The notes beneath the pieces were generated by a model. The model was not told the origin of the DNA. It was given only the letters and a program-made list of their open reading frames with translations, and made no database searches. From an uncultured Candidatus Saccharibacteria bacterium (GTDB lineage: Bacteria > Patescibacteriota > Andersenbacteria > CAZYLA01): 39,995 bases of DNA. Each line of letters begins with the position of its first letter. Within the stretch, counting starts at the first letter, position 1. Where the stretch lies: assembly GCA_964648435.1 (NCBI GenBank), contig CAZYLA010000001.1, forward strand, positions 1 to 39,995, in the 5' to 3' direction. The translations under genes and the position numbers were made by a program. Below are positions 8,983 through 16,345 of this stretch, one piece after another.

Positions 8983-9179
8983 AGATCTTAAAATTGTTAT
9001 ATTATCCCTCGGGAACTTCCCCTTAAGAGCACGCAGTTGACTTAAGCTTTATTAGTATAAAACGTTCTTCTAATAAGCCAACTGCTCAGAGTTTCGGCAC
9101 ATCCGTTCTCTCATTCTAAAATAAACGTTTGCCGATGTGCCTCAACTATGGCCTTGAGTGAAAATTCCCTCGGGATTAA

Positions 9180-9818
9180 TTACTCTACGTGTTTCTCTTT
9201 TTTAAGAAGTCGGCGGCCTGCTTTTTTACGACTTTCTAAGTAAAAAAGCGTGCCTAGAACGATTATAAAAAGCGCGATAATAATTAAAATAAGAGGGACA
9301 ATGCGCTTAAAGAAAAAATGGGTGACATTAACAGTAATTTCAGTGATACGGTTGCCAGCAGAGGTGTCTGCTAAGAAAAGAACAACCAAAAAAAAGGCAA
9401 TGATAAAAATCACACCCCTTTTTAGAATTTTCTTTAAATTTATTTTTGAACGCTTTTTAAAGAAATTTTTTAGAGTAGTAAATTTTCGGGGCTTGATTTC
9501 TTTTAAATCAAGAGTTGCTTGATAATAAGTGGTTAAAACCTCTTTTGTTTTTTCAGGAGAAGGAGTGTAGCCGATTCTTTTAATAATTTTTAAAAAAGTA
9601 TTGCGGGCCTTTCTGACTTTTTCAAAGTCATCAAAAATCTCTTTTATATTTAAAAGTTTTTCTTTTATATTTTTCCCAGGCAGGTTTTTGGAGAGAAGAG
9701 CTTCTTCAAAAACTTTGTTTGCTTCAATGATAGCGGTCATAAACCCTGCTTCTGTGTTTTCTTTAAGATATTCGTCAATTTTCTGCCAAGGATTTGTATT
9801 TCTATTTTTTTGTTTCAT
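9180..9818 (-). CDS. Hypothetical membrane protein
   Basis: 212-aa ORF with two C-terminal TM helices. No recognised family. Confidence 0.45.
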   Translation of the reverse strand: MKQKNRNTNPWQKIDEYLKENTEAGFMTAIIEANKVFEEALLSKNLPGKNIKEKLLNIKEIFDDFEKVRKARNTFLKIIKRIGYTPSPEKTKEVLTTYYQATLDLKEIKPRKFTTLKNFFKKRSKINLKKILKRGVIFIIAFFLVVLFLADTSAGNRITEITVNVTHFFFKRIVPLILIIIALFIIVLGTLFYLESRKKAGRRLLKKEKHVE

Positions 9819-9934
9819 TTCTTTTTATTATACAACATAATTTATGAAACTCAAAACTAAATCAGTCCCGAAATTCTTTCGGGACTTTTTGTTTATTGTT
9901 TCTTATTTATAGAAGTAGTATAATAGAAATTGAT

Positions 9935-10753
9935 ATGGACAGGCGTGTCTTAAAACAAATATTTGTCTTTTCTTTTTATTTTTCTATTTTTGTAATTATT
10001 ATTTTCGGCATTTGGTTTCTTTTTATTCGCGAGAGAGCGGTTGATGTTTGTGGGGATGGCATTTGCGGACCGAGTGAGTCATTTTCAACTTGCCCAGCTG
10101 ATTGCCCAGCTCCTCAAATTTGGGAAAATCTGGAAACCCTGGAGACAATTATTATACCCACCAGAGAAAATATTTATGACACTGCTATTAAAATTAAAAA
10201 TCCAAATGGAGCCGGCGGGGTGAAAGATCTTGAATATAGAATTGAGTTTCTAGACGAGGGAGGCGGTGAGGTTGCTTTTCGCAAGGGCAAGACCTTTATT
10301 CTCCCTGGAGATGTAAAATATGTTTTTGAATTAAATGTTGAAAGCGCCATCCCCATTAAAGGAGCTCGTATTTCCTTTGGAGACATTTCTTGGCAAAAAC
10401 TAGAAAGGGGGATTTATCGCGAACCTGAAATTAAGATTAAAAACAAGATTTTTACGTTTGATGCTGAAAAGAACGAATACCGCTTGATTGGCCGGGTTGA
10501 AAATTCAAGCTCTTTTGACTTTAAAAAAGTCTTTATACAGGCACTTCTTTTGGATGGAAGCGGCAAAATCATTGGTTTAAATTCAACTGTTCAAGGAGCC
10601 CTTCTTAGTGGAGAAGAGAGGGAGTTTGAACTTCTTTGGCCTGGAGATGAGATAAAGGATGAAGTTAAAAGTCAAACAGTTAAGGCAGAAGTCAATGTTT
10701 TTGATTCAGAAACATTTATGCGTCGCTATGGGGAGGTACAACCACTCTATTAA
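9935..10753 (+). CDS. Hypothetical membrane-anchored extracytoplasmic protein with a Cys-rich CGDGICG...CPADCP motif
   Basis: ORF track starts at TTG 9896; the first ATG is at 9935. TM helix followed by CGDGICGPSESFSTCPADCP. Start is uncertain. Confidence 0.5.
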   Translation: MDRRVLKQIFVFSFYFSIFVIIIFGIWFLFIRERAVDVCGDGICGPSESFSTCPADCPAPQIWENLETLETIIIPTRENIYDTAIKIKNPNGAGGVKDLEYRIEFLDEGGGEVAFRKGKTFILPGDVKYVFELNVESAIPIKGARISFGDISWQKLERGIYREPEIKIKNKIFTFDAEKNEYRLIGRVENSSSFDFKKVFIQALLLDGSGKIIGLNSTVQGALLSGEEREFELLWPGDEIKDEVKSQTVKAEVNVFDSETFMRRYGEVQPLY

Positions 10754-10881
10754 TATTAATAAAAATTTATCTATATCAAAATCTCTAATTTCAAAAGCCG
10801 TATTATAAAATCCAAAATCCAAAATCCAAATTTCAAAAAAATAAATATTTTTTTGGATTTTGAGTTTTGAGCTTGATTTTA

Positions 10882-10956
10882 GGGGTGTCAGAAAACAGTC
10901 GAACTTCCCTACAGAAATCAAAAAAGAGTTCTTGCGTTGTAAAGGAACGAGTAGCT
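10882..10956 (+). repeat. Dispersed conserved ~75-nt upstream element, copy A
   Basis: 5' box GGGGTGTCAGAAAACAG and 3' box GGAACGAGTAGCT. Ends 66 nt before ATG 11023 and abuts a TTGACA-16-TATTTT promoter-like site (10962-10989). Confidence 0.7.
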
Positions 10957-11022
10957 GGATTTTGACATAAAGAGGAGCTTACTTATTTTTAAATAGCAAG
11001 TTTTTATATAGAGATATTTTCA

Positions 11023-12120
11023 ATGAGATTAACTAATCTTTTCAAGAATTACAACTGGCCTCTTTTTTTATCGGCTTTTTTTCTGGTGCTGTTTGGCATA
11101 ATGATGATTTACAGCACCACTTTTAATTTGAGAGCGCCTTTTTTAAAAAGTTTCACCTTTCGTCAGATTATCTTTGCCTTAATTGGCTTTGGAGTGATGT
11201 TAATTGTTAGTCAAGTTCATTACCGTGCTCTTTCTAATTATACCCTTCACTTATACCTTTTAATTTTGGTCCTTTTAATTTTAGTGATTATTTTTGGTCG
11301 GGTGACGCGAGGAGCTGTAAGCTGGCTCCGACTCGGGCCATTTAATATTGAACCTTCTGAAATTGCCAAATTAGTGATGATTATTGTTCTTGCAAAACAC
11401 TTTGCAAAAAGAATTAGTTTAGTTCTTGGATTTAAAGAAATTATTCTTTCGTTTATCTATATAGTCATCCCTGTATTTTTAGTAGCTATCCAGCCAGATT
11501 TTGGTTCAGCATTTATTATTTTTCTTATCTATTTGGGGATGCTTTTAATGGTTCGAGTTAGTAAGACCCAACTTCTTGTAACTTTTTCTGTTCTTCTTAT
11601 TGCAAGTATTCTTGTATGGTCGTTTGTTTTATTAGATTATCAAAAAGAACGACTTTTAAATTTTCTAAACCCTTTTAAAGAACCTCTTGGTACGGGATAT
11701 AGCACGATCCAGTCAATGATTGCAGTTGGTTCAGGAAATATTCTTGGTCAAGGGCTTGGGAGGGGCTTTCAGAGCCAACTTAATTTTTTACCAGAGAAAC
11801 ACACAGATTTTATTTTCGCAGCAATTGCCGAGGAGCTTGGACTTGTAGGAGCAAGTGTAATTATTATTCTTTTTGGAATTTTTCTTTTTAGTATTATTCG
11901 AGTTATCAGAAATTGCTCAGATAATTTTGGAAAATTAATCGGTGTTGGCAGTATAATAATGGTTTTATCCCAAGCCCTGATTTATATTGGCATGAATACA
12001 GGGATTATGCCGGTAACTGGGATTCCATTACCCTTTGTCAGTTATGGCGGAAGCAGCTTAGTTGTTAATTTACTGCTTGTAGGTATTTTGCAAAGTATTT
12101 GGGTGAGGAATAGACTATAA
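11023..12120 (+). CDS. FtsW/RodA/SpoVE-family peptidoglycan glycosyltransferase
   Basis: 365 aa, polytopic. Conserved stretches LQPSE-like (FNIEPSEIAKL), QPDFGSA, PEKHTDFIFA and PLPFVSYGGSS. Confidence 0.9.
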   Translation: MRLTNLFKNYNWPLFLSAFFLVLFGIMMIYSTTFNLRAPFLKSFTFRQIIFALIGFGVMLIVSQVHYRALSNYTLHLYLLILVLLILVIIFGRVTRGAVSWLRLGPFNIEPSEIAKLVMIIVLAKHFAKRISLVLGFKEIILSFIYIVIPVFLVAIQPDFGSAFIIFLIYLGMLLMVRVSKTQLLVTFSVLLIASILVWSFVLLDYQKERLLNFLNPFKEPLGTGYSTIQSMIAVGSGNILGQGLGRGFQSQLNFLPEKHTDFIFAAIAEELGLVGASVIIILFGIFLFSIIRVIRNCSDNFGKLIGVGSIIMVLSQALIYIGMNTGIMPVTGIPLPFVSYGGSSLVVNLLLVGILQSIWVRNRL

Positions 12121-12144
12121 TAAAATTGAAAATCAAAATCAAGG

Positions 12145-12163
12145 TATCGCGCTTCGCGCGATA
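12145..12163. terminator. GC hairpin after the FtsW/RodA-family gene, embedded in A/T heptad arms
   Basis: TATCGCGC-TTC-GCGCGATA, flanked by AAAATCAAAATCAA upstream and TTTGATTTTTG downstream. Confidence 0.5.
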
Positions 12164-12208
12164 ATTATAAAAAATCTTTGATTTTTGCTATTTGATATTA
12201 TTTCTTGG

Positions 12209-12237
12209 TTGACTTTTTCTTCGCCTTGGGTTATAAT
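12209..12237 (+). promoter_or_regulatory. Consensus sigma-70-type promoter
   Basis: TTGACT, 17-nt spacer, TATAAT; 35 nt upstream of ATG 12273. Confidence 0.65.
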
Positions 12238-12272
12238 AATAGTATAGGAGAATTAGAATAAAAATTTTTATT

Positions 12273-12623
12273 ATGCCAAATCATTCGTCAAAATTTCCCT
12301 TAGATAGAGATGAAAAAATGCAATTTGTCTTGAAATGCCCGTTTTGCAATACTTCTTATCGGGCAGAAAGCGCAGAGATTATTGATGAAGAAGACGACTC
12401 TCTGCTTGTGTATTTAAGTTGCCCTAAATGTTTGAGCTCAATTATTGCGGTGGTTAATATTGGCAGTATGGGCGTAACTTCCCTTGGTCTTGTTACTGAT
12501 ATGACTAAGGATGATATTATTCGTTTTAAAAGAGGCAAGAAAGTTTCTGGAAACGACATTTTAAATATTTACGAGACCCTTCACAAAAAAGAAGGTAATT
12601 TCATAAAGGAGATTACGAGGTAG
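12273..12623 (+). CDS. Hypothetical zinc-ribbon protein
   Basis: CPFC...CPKC cysteine pairs, with a consensus promoter upstream. No recognised family. Confidence 0.5.
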   Translation: MPNHSSKFPLDRDEKMQFVLKCPFCNTSYRAESAEIIDEEDDSLLVYLSCPKCLSSIIAVVNIGSMGVTSLGLVTDMTKDDIIRFKRGKKVSGNDILNIYETLHKKEGNFIKEITR

Positions 12624-12790
12624 AGGCATATTTGTTCAAATATAAACTCCTGTTTTATTAATAACTTCCTTTTCGCTAGTGGGGATACGTTCATAGAAAA
12701 TAGAAAATAGTTATATAGAAAATAGAAATTGGTATAGAAATTAGAGAATAGAAAATAGAAAAGCGGAGCGAAGCTCCACTTAAAACCGTC

Positions 12791-12860
12791 GGGGACGTCA
12801 GAAAATAGATGATTTATAATTAAAGGGGAAGAACCTTACTTGGCAGAGGAACGAGTAGCT
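12791..12860 (+). repeat. Dispersed conserved upstream element, copy B
   Basis: GGGGACGTCAGAAAATAG ... GGAACGAGTAGCT. Ends 70 nt before ATG 12931. A partial extra copy of the 5' box (GGGGATACGTTCATAGAAAATAG) lies at about 12681-12703. Confidence 0.7.
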
Positions 12861-12930
12861 CCATTTTCCATTTTCTATTACCATTTTCCAATTTCCATAT
12901 AACCAATTTCTAATTTCTTTAGAAATAATT

Positions 12931-13695
12931 ATGGCTGAAGAGTTAAAGCTTCGGGCAGAGAAGAGGCCTGAAGGCAAGAAAGCAAGCAAGATTCGGCGGG
13001 AAGACAAGATTCCCGCGATTTTATATGGGCGCAGGGTTAAAAATGTGCCTCTTCAAGTTGATTACAAGGATTTTGCTGATGTTTACGAGCGAGGCGGGGG
13101 AACTTCTTTGGTTTCATTGTGCTTAGGCAAAGGCGAAGAGCGCAAAGTTTTAATTCACGAAGTTCAAAAAGACCCGCTTTCGGGTAAATTTATTCACGCT
13201 GATTTTTATCAGGTGAAAATGACTGAGAAGTTAGTTGCCGAAGTGCCTCTTCGTTTCACCGGCAAATCAAAAGCCGTTAAAGATAAAGGCGGGATTTTAG
13301 TTAAAAACATTAGCGAAGTTGAAGTTGAGGCCTTGCCCCAAGATTTGCCCAAAGAAATTAAGGTTGATATTTCACCCCTTAAGGAGATTGATGATGTTAT
13401 TAAGATAAAAGATCTGAAAGTTTCTCCTAAGGTCGCGATTTTGGCGGATAAAGACGAAGTTGTTGCTGTGGTAACGCCGCCAAGAACAGAAGAAGAGCTG
13501 AAGGAGCTTGAGGAAAAACCTGAGGAAGCAGTGGAAGAAGTTGAAGGCATTAAAGAAGAAAAAGCCAAAGAAGGAAAAGAAGTCAAGGGCGCAGAAGAGG
13601 CAAAAGAAGGTGAAGAAGTTAAAGAAGGCGAAGAAAAGAAAGAAGCCGAAGCTGCTAAAGAAGGAAAGTCAGAAGAAGAGAAAGAAGGTAAATAG
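12931..13695 (+). CDS. rplY: Ribosomal protein L25/Ctc with a long Glu/Lys-rich C-terminal tail
   Basis: RREDKIPAILYG, VLIHEVQKDPLSGKFIHADF and VPLRFTGKSKAVK are typical of L25/Ctc. The tail is a low-complexity EEKAKEGKE repeat. Confidence 0.88.
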   Translation: MAEELKLRAEKRPEGKKASKIRREDKIPAILYGRRVKNVPLQVDYKDFADVYERGGGTSLVSLCLGKGEERKVLIHEVQKDPLSGKFIHADFYQVKMTEKLVAEVPLRFTGKSKAVKDKGGILVKNISEVEVEALPQDLPKEIKVDISPLKEIDDVIKIKDLKVSPKVAILADKDEVVAVVTPPRTEEELKELEEKPEEAVEEVEGIKEEKAKEGKEVKGAEEAKEGEEVKEGEEKKEAEAAKEGKSEEEKEGK

Positions 13696-13715
13696 AGTAT
13701 ATCGTAAATCGTTAC

Positions 13716-13761
13716 TATAGCGCCAAAAATCCGCCCCTGAAGGCGGATTTTTGGCGCTATA
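13716..13761. terminator. 20-bp hairpin terminator after rplY
   Basis: TATAGCGCCAAAAATCCGCC / GGCGGATTTTTGGCGCTATA with a 6-nt loop. It shares the core CCAAAAATCCGCC...GGCGGATTTTTGG with the hairpin at 21231-21277. Confidence 0.65.
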
Positions 13762-13836
13762 AAGGTTCCTTTCTGTTTTCCTCTTGACGAAATTACTACA
13801 TGTTAAGATAAATTTGTTACGGAAACGCAATGAAAT

Positions 13837-13971
13837 GTGTATTTTGCTAAAGTACTTCTCAGAGTTCTTGATAAAATGGTTGTGCCGGAAAAGGAACGTG
13901 CCAAAATCGCTAATAAACTTAGAACCTTAAAAGGAAAATTCAACGCTTTCCCGCAAACGCAATTTGACTGA
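13837..13971 (+). CDS. Candidate small ORF (44 aa from GTG, or 31 aa from ATG 13876)
   Basis: VYFAKVLLRVLDKMVVPEKERAKIANKLRTLKGKFNAFPQTQFD. A weak hairpin plus T-run follows (CCCGC-N6-GCGGG, 14008-14023, then GCGTTTTT). No recognisable family or clear SD. Confidence 0.2.
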   Translation: MYFAKVLLRVLDKMVVPEKERAKIANKLRTLKGKFNAFPQTQFD

Positions 13972-14064
13972 GTAATCCAGTTCTTGTCTTGAAGTTTCCG
14001 TTTTTGTCCCGCAATTTAGCGGGGCGTTTTTATTGCCCTGACCCCGAGCGCTAGCGAAAAAACA

Positions 14065-14097
14065 AAGACAGGCGGAGGACAGTCCTCCGCCTGTCTT
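14065..14097. terminator. Hairpin terminator after prmC
   Basis: AAAGACAGGCGGAGGA-CAG-TCCTCCGCCTGTCTTT. The core GCGGAGGACAGTCCTCCGC recurs at 37733-37757. Confidence 0.65.
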
Positions 14098-14109
14098 TAA
14101 AAAAGAGCT

Positions 14110-15009
14110 CTATTTTTGTTTTAAATGTAATATTCTTATTTTGCCGGACAAATCTTTTTTAAGTTCTGCTTTCATTTTTGGCAGGTTTTTCTTTGCCTCT
14201 AGAATTAACTCCAGAGATTGTTCAGGAGATGTCTCCAAGAAAATCTCACCGTTGGGTTTGAGGTATTTTGGTGCGGCCCTGAGGAGTTTTTTAATATAGA
14301 AAGATCCGTTTCTGCCGCCAAAAAGCGCTTTTCTGGGTTCAAACTTTAAATTTTTAAAATATTTCTGATAATCTTTATCGGAAATATAAGGAAGATTGGC
14401 GATTATTACATCGACTTTTTCTGATAGACAAGATAGAAGATTGCCTTTTAAAAATTTTATCCCGCACCTTTTTGCCGCTTTACGGCAAAAAGGTGCGGGG
14501 TTTATTCTTTTTGAGACGTGGTGGCGTCTGGCATTTGCGTGGGCGACTTTAAGAGCACTTTGAGAAATATCAGTTGCATAAATTTTGGCAGTTGGAAGCT
14601 TTTTGGCGATAGTGATGGCAATACAGCCGCACCCTGTGCCGATGTCTGCAATTTTAAGATTTTTCTTTTTAGCAATTTTAGATTTTAAAAAATATTCTAC
14701 AAGTTCTTCGGTTTCTGGTCTGGGAATTAAAACATTTTGATTAATTTTAAACCCAAGGCCGAAAAATTCTTTTTTTCCTAAAATATAAGCAAGGGGGAAT
14801 CTGGTAAGCCGTTTTTTAACAAGATGCTTAAATTTATTTTCAGTATTTTTGGAAATCTTTTTTTCTAAATTCTGAAAAAGATACTCTTTTGGCTTTTTAA
14901 TGGTATGGCACAAAAGAAGCTCGCTTTCTATTCGAGCTTCTTTGCTTATTTTTTGAAGTTTTTGTTCTCCTTTTTGGAGGAGACATTTGATATTTTTAGG
15001 CGATTTCAT
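14110..15009 (-). CDS. prmC: Release-factor glutamine N5-methyltransferase (HemK/PrmC)
   Basis: IPRPETE, DIGTGCGCIAI, IIANLPYI (NPPY variant). The true start is most likely MKSPKNIK (ATG at 15009); the longer track ORF runs into repeat copy C. Confidence 0.88.
   Translation of the reverse strand: MKSPKNIKCLLQKGEQKLQKISKEARIESELLLCHTIKKPKEYLFQNLEKKISKNTENKFKHLVKKRLTRFPLAYILGKKEFFGLGFKINQNVLIPRPETEELVEYFLKSKIAKKKNLKIADIGTGCGCIAITIAKKLPTAKIYATDISQSALKVAHANARRHHVSKRINPAPFCRKAAKRCGIKFLKGNLLSCLSEKVDVIIANLPYISDKDYQKYFKNLKFEPRKALFGGRNGSFYIKKLLRAAPKYLKPNGEIFLETSPEQSLELILEAKKNLPKMKAELKKDLSGKIRILHLKQK
14461..14499. repeat. 39-nt palindromic element inserted in-frame in prmC
   Basis: CCCGCACCTTTTTGCCG-CTTTA-CGGCAAAAAGGTGCGGG (17-bp arms). 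It equals exactly 13 codons (PAPFCRKAAKRCG) starting on a codon boundary. Confidence 0.8.
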
Positions 15010-15063
15010 AATCGGGGTGACAAAAAAGAAAATAGTTTTATAGAAAATCGAAATTCGTAATGG

Positions 15064-15139
15064 AGCTACTCGTTCCATAGAGACGTTAAGATTCATCCAT
15101 GATTTCCGTAGGAAAGCTTATCTATCTTCTGATATCCCC
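15064..15139 (-). repeat. Dispersed conserved upstream element, copy C
   Basis: Minus strand reads GGGGATATCAGAAGATAG ... GGAACGAGTAGCT. Ends 54 nt before the prmC ATG (15009). Confidence 0.7.
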
Positions 15140-15226
15140 AAGTCGAAACTCGAAACGAGTTTCGACTTTCCATTTTCGATAACGATTTTCCAGTTTTGAC
15201 ACAACGAATTTCTAACTTTAAGCAGT

Positions 15227-16267
15227 TTAGAATTTAGTGTTTTTTAAACTGCTTACTATTGGTTCAATATTCCCTGCCAAAATTCCTTCAAGATTGTGCC
15301 AGCTTTTTTTAATCCGGTGGTCAGTAAGCCGGTCCTGGGGAAAGTTGTAAGTCCGCACTTTTTCAGCGCGTTTAGCTGCGCCAATTTGGGTTCGTCTTTC
15401 TTTACCGCGTTTTTCGGCTTCTTGTTCTTGCATAATTTGATAAAGCCGGGAGCGCAGGATTTTAAGTGCTTTTTCTTTATTTCTACTTTGTGATTTTTCA
15501 TCTTGGCAGGAAACAGTAATTTTTGTTGGGAGATGGGTAACTCTGACCGCTGTTTCCACTTTGTTAACATGTTGGCCCCCAGGGCCACCAGCCCGAAAAA
15601 CTTCGACTTTCAGGTCCTCCTCCTTAATTTCAAAGTCAATTTTCTCAACTTGAGGCAAAACCGCTACTGTTGCTGTTGAAGTATGAATCCGTCCGCCTTT
15701 TTCTGTTTTTGGAATTCGTTGAACTCGGTGGACTCCGCTTTCTTGCATGAGAGTTTTATAGGCGTTTGGACCATTGATTTCAAAAATTATTTCCTTGAAG
15801 CCACCGATAGAAGTTCGGTTTGAATTTAAAATTTTAACGCTCCAGTTCTGATTCTCTGCAAATTTTGAGTACATCTTAAAAAGGTCCGCTGCAAAGAGAG
15901 CCGCTTCTTCGCCGCCAGTGCCAGCTCTAATTTCCATAATTAGATTGTCTGGAATTTTTTCTTTTCCTTCTTCCAAGAGTTTTTTAATTTCTTTTTCTAT
16001 TTTTTTCTTCTGGGAAGTTAGAGAGCTTACTTCTTCTTGGGCAAGAACACTAAGTTCACCCTTTTCAGTGTCGAGCATGTCCTGAGCTTCTCCTAAATTT
16101 TTTTCTATGCTTTCAAGTTCAATAATCTTTTCAGCAACCTCTTTAATTTCTCCGTATTTTGCAGCAAGACGAGCGGATTTTTTTCGGTCTTTAAAAATAT
16201 CTGGCTCTGCCAATTCTTTTTTTAGTTTTTCATACTCTTCTTTAATTTTAACAAGTTTTTTATCCAT
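15227..16267 (-). CDS. prfA: Peptide chain release factor 1
   Basis: PXT-type region RIPKTEKGGRIHTS, GGQ motif (RAGGPGGQHVNK). Start most likely MDKKLVKIKE (ATG at 16267). Confidence 0.93.
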   Translation of the reverse strand: MDKKLVKIKEEYEKLKKELAEPDIFKDRKKSARLAAKYGEIKEVAEKIIELESIEKNLGEAQDMLDTEKGELSVLAQEEVSSLTSQKKKIEKEIKKLLEEGKEKIPDNLIMEIRAGTGGEEAALFAADLFKMYSKFAENQNWSVKILNSNRTSIGGFKEIIFEINGPNAYKTLMQESGVHRVQRIPKTEKGGRIHTSTATVAVLPQVEKIDFEIKEEDLKVEVFRAGGPGGQHVNKVETAVRVTHLPTKITVSCQDEKSQSRNKEKALKILRSRLYQIMQEQEAEKRGKERRTQIGAAKRAEKVRTYNFPQDRLTDHRIKKSWHNLEGILAGNIEPIVSSLKNTKF

Positions 16268-16274
16268 AAAATTA

Positions 16275-16344
16275 CCCCTCATTTGAAAAGTCCTGACTCC
16301 ATCAACTCTGACACTATAAGTGCCAGGACTTTTCAAGCGAGGGG
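16275..16344 (-). other. Long imperfect hairpin filling the rpmE-prfA spacer
   Basis: 23-nt arms (16275-16297 and 16322-16344) pair at 20 of 23 positions (19 Watson-Crick plus one T-G on the plus strand), around a 24-nt loop. Confidence 0.6.
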
Positions 16345-16345
16345 G

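Noticed and set aside
9005-9177. RNase P RNA, SRP RNA, tmRNA or 6S RNA in the dnaE upstream spacer
   Set aside because: None of the universal signatures are present, for example GAGGAAAGTCC for RNase P, the GGAA/AGCAGC SRP domain IV motifs, or a tRNA-like CCA end. The two ends are direct rather than inverted repeats, so the 6S-like closing stem is absent. It is kept only as an unclassified structured spacer.
10807-10880. Possible CRISPR array suggested by short tandem repeats (AAAATCC, TAGAAAA, AAAATGC, TAAATGG)
   Set aside because: The repeat units are 7 nt with no spacers, and no cas genes are present. These are microsatellite-like heptads forming inverted arms, not CRISPR.
10882-10956. 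Hammerhead, twister or other small self-cleaving ribozyme, or a short peptide gene, as an explanation for the conserved 75-nt element
   Set aside because: The nearest strings (CTGACGT, CTGATAT, CTGACAC on the antisense strand) do not fit the hammerhead CUGANGA core. No conserved helices were found by eye. The short ATG-initiated frame (MELLVP...) exists in only two of the three copies and stops at different places.
13209-13720. ORFs 13209-13586 (minus) and 13508-13720 (plus) over the rplY tail
   Set aside because: They arise from the GAA/AAG-rich low-complexity tail of L25, which is open in several frames.
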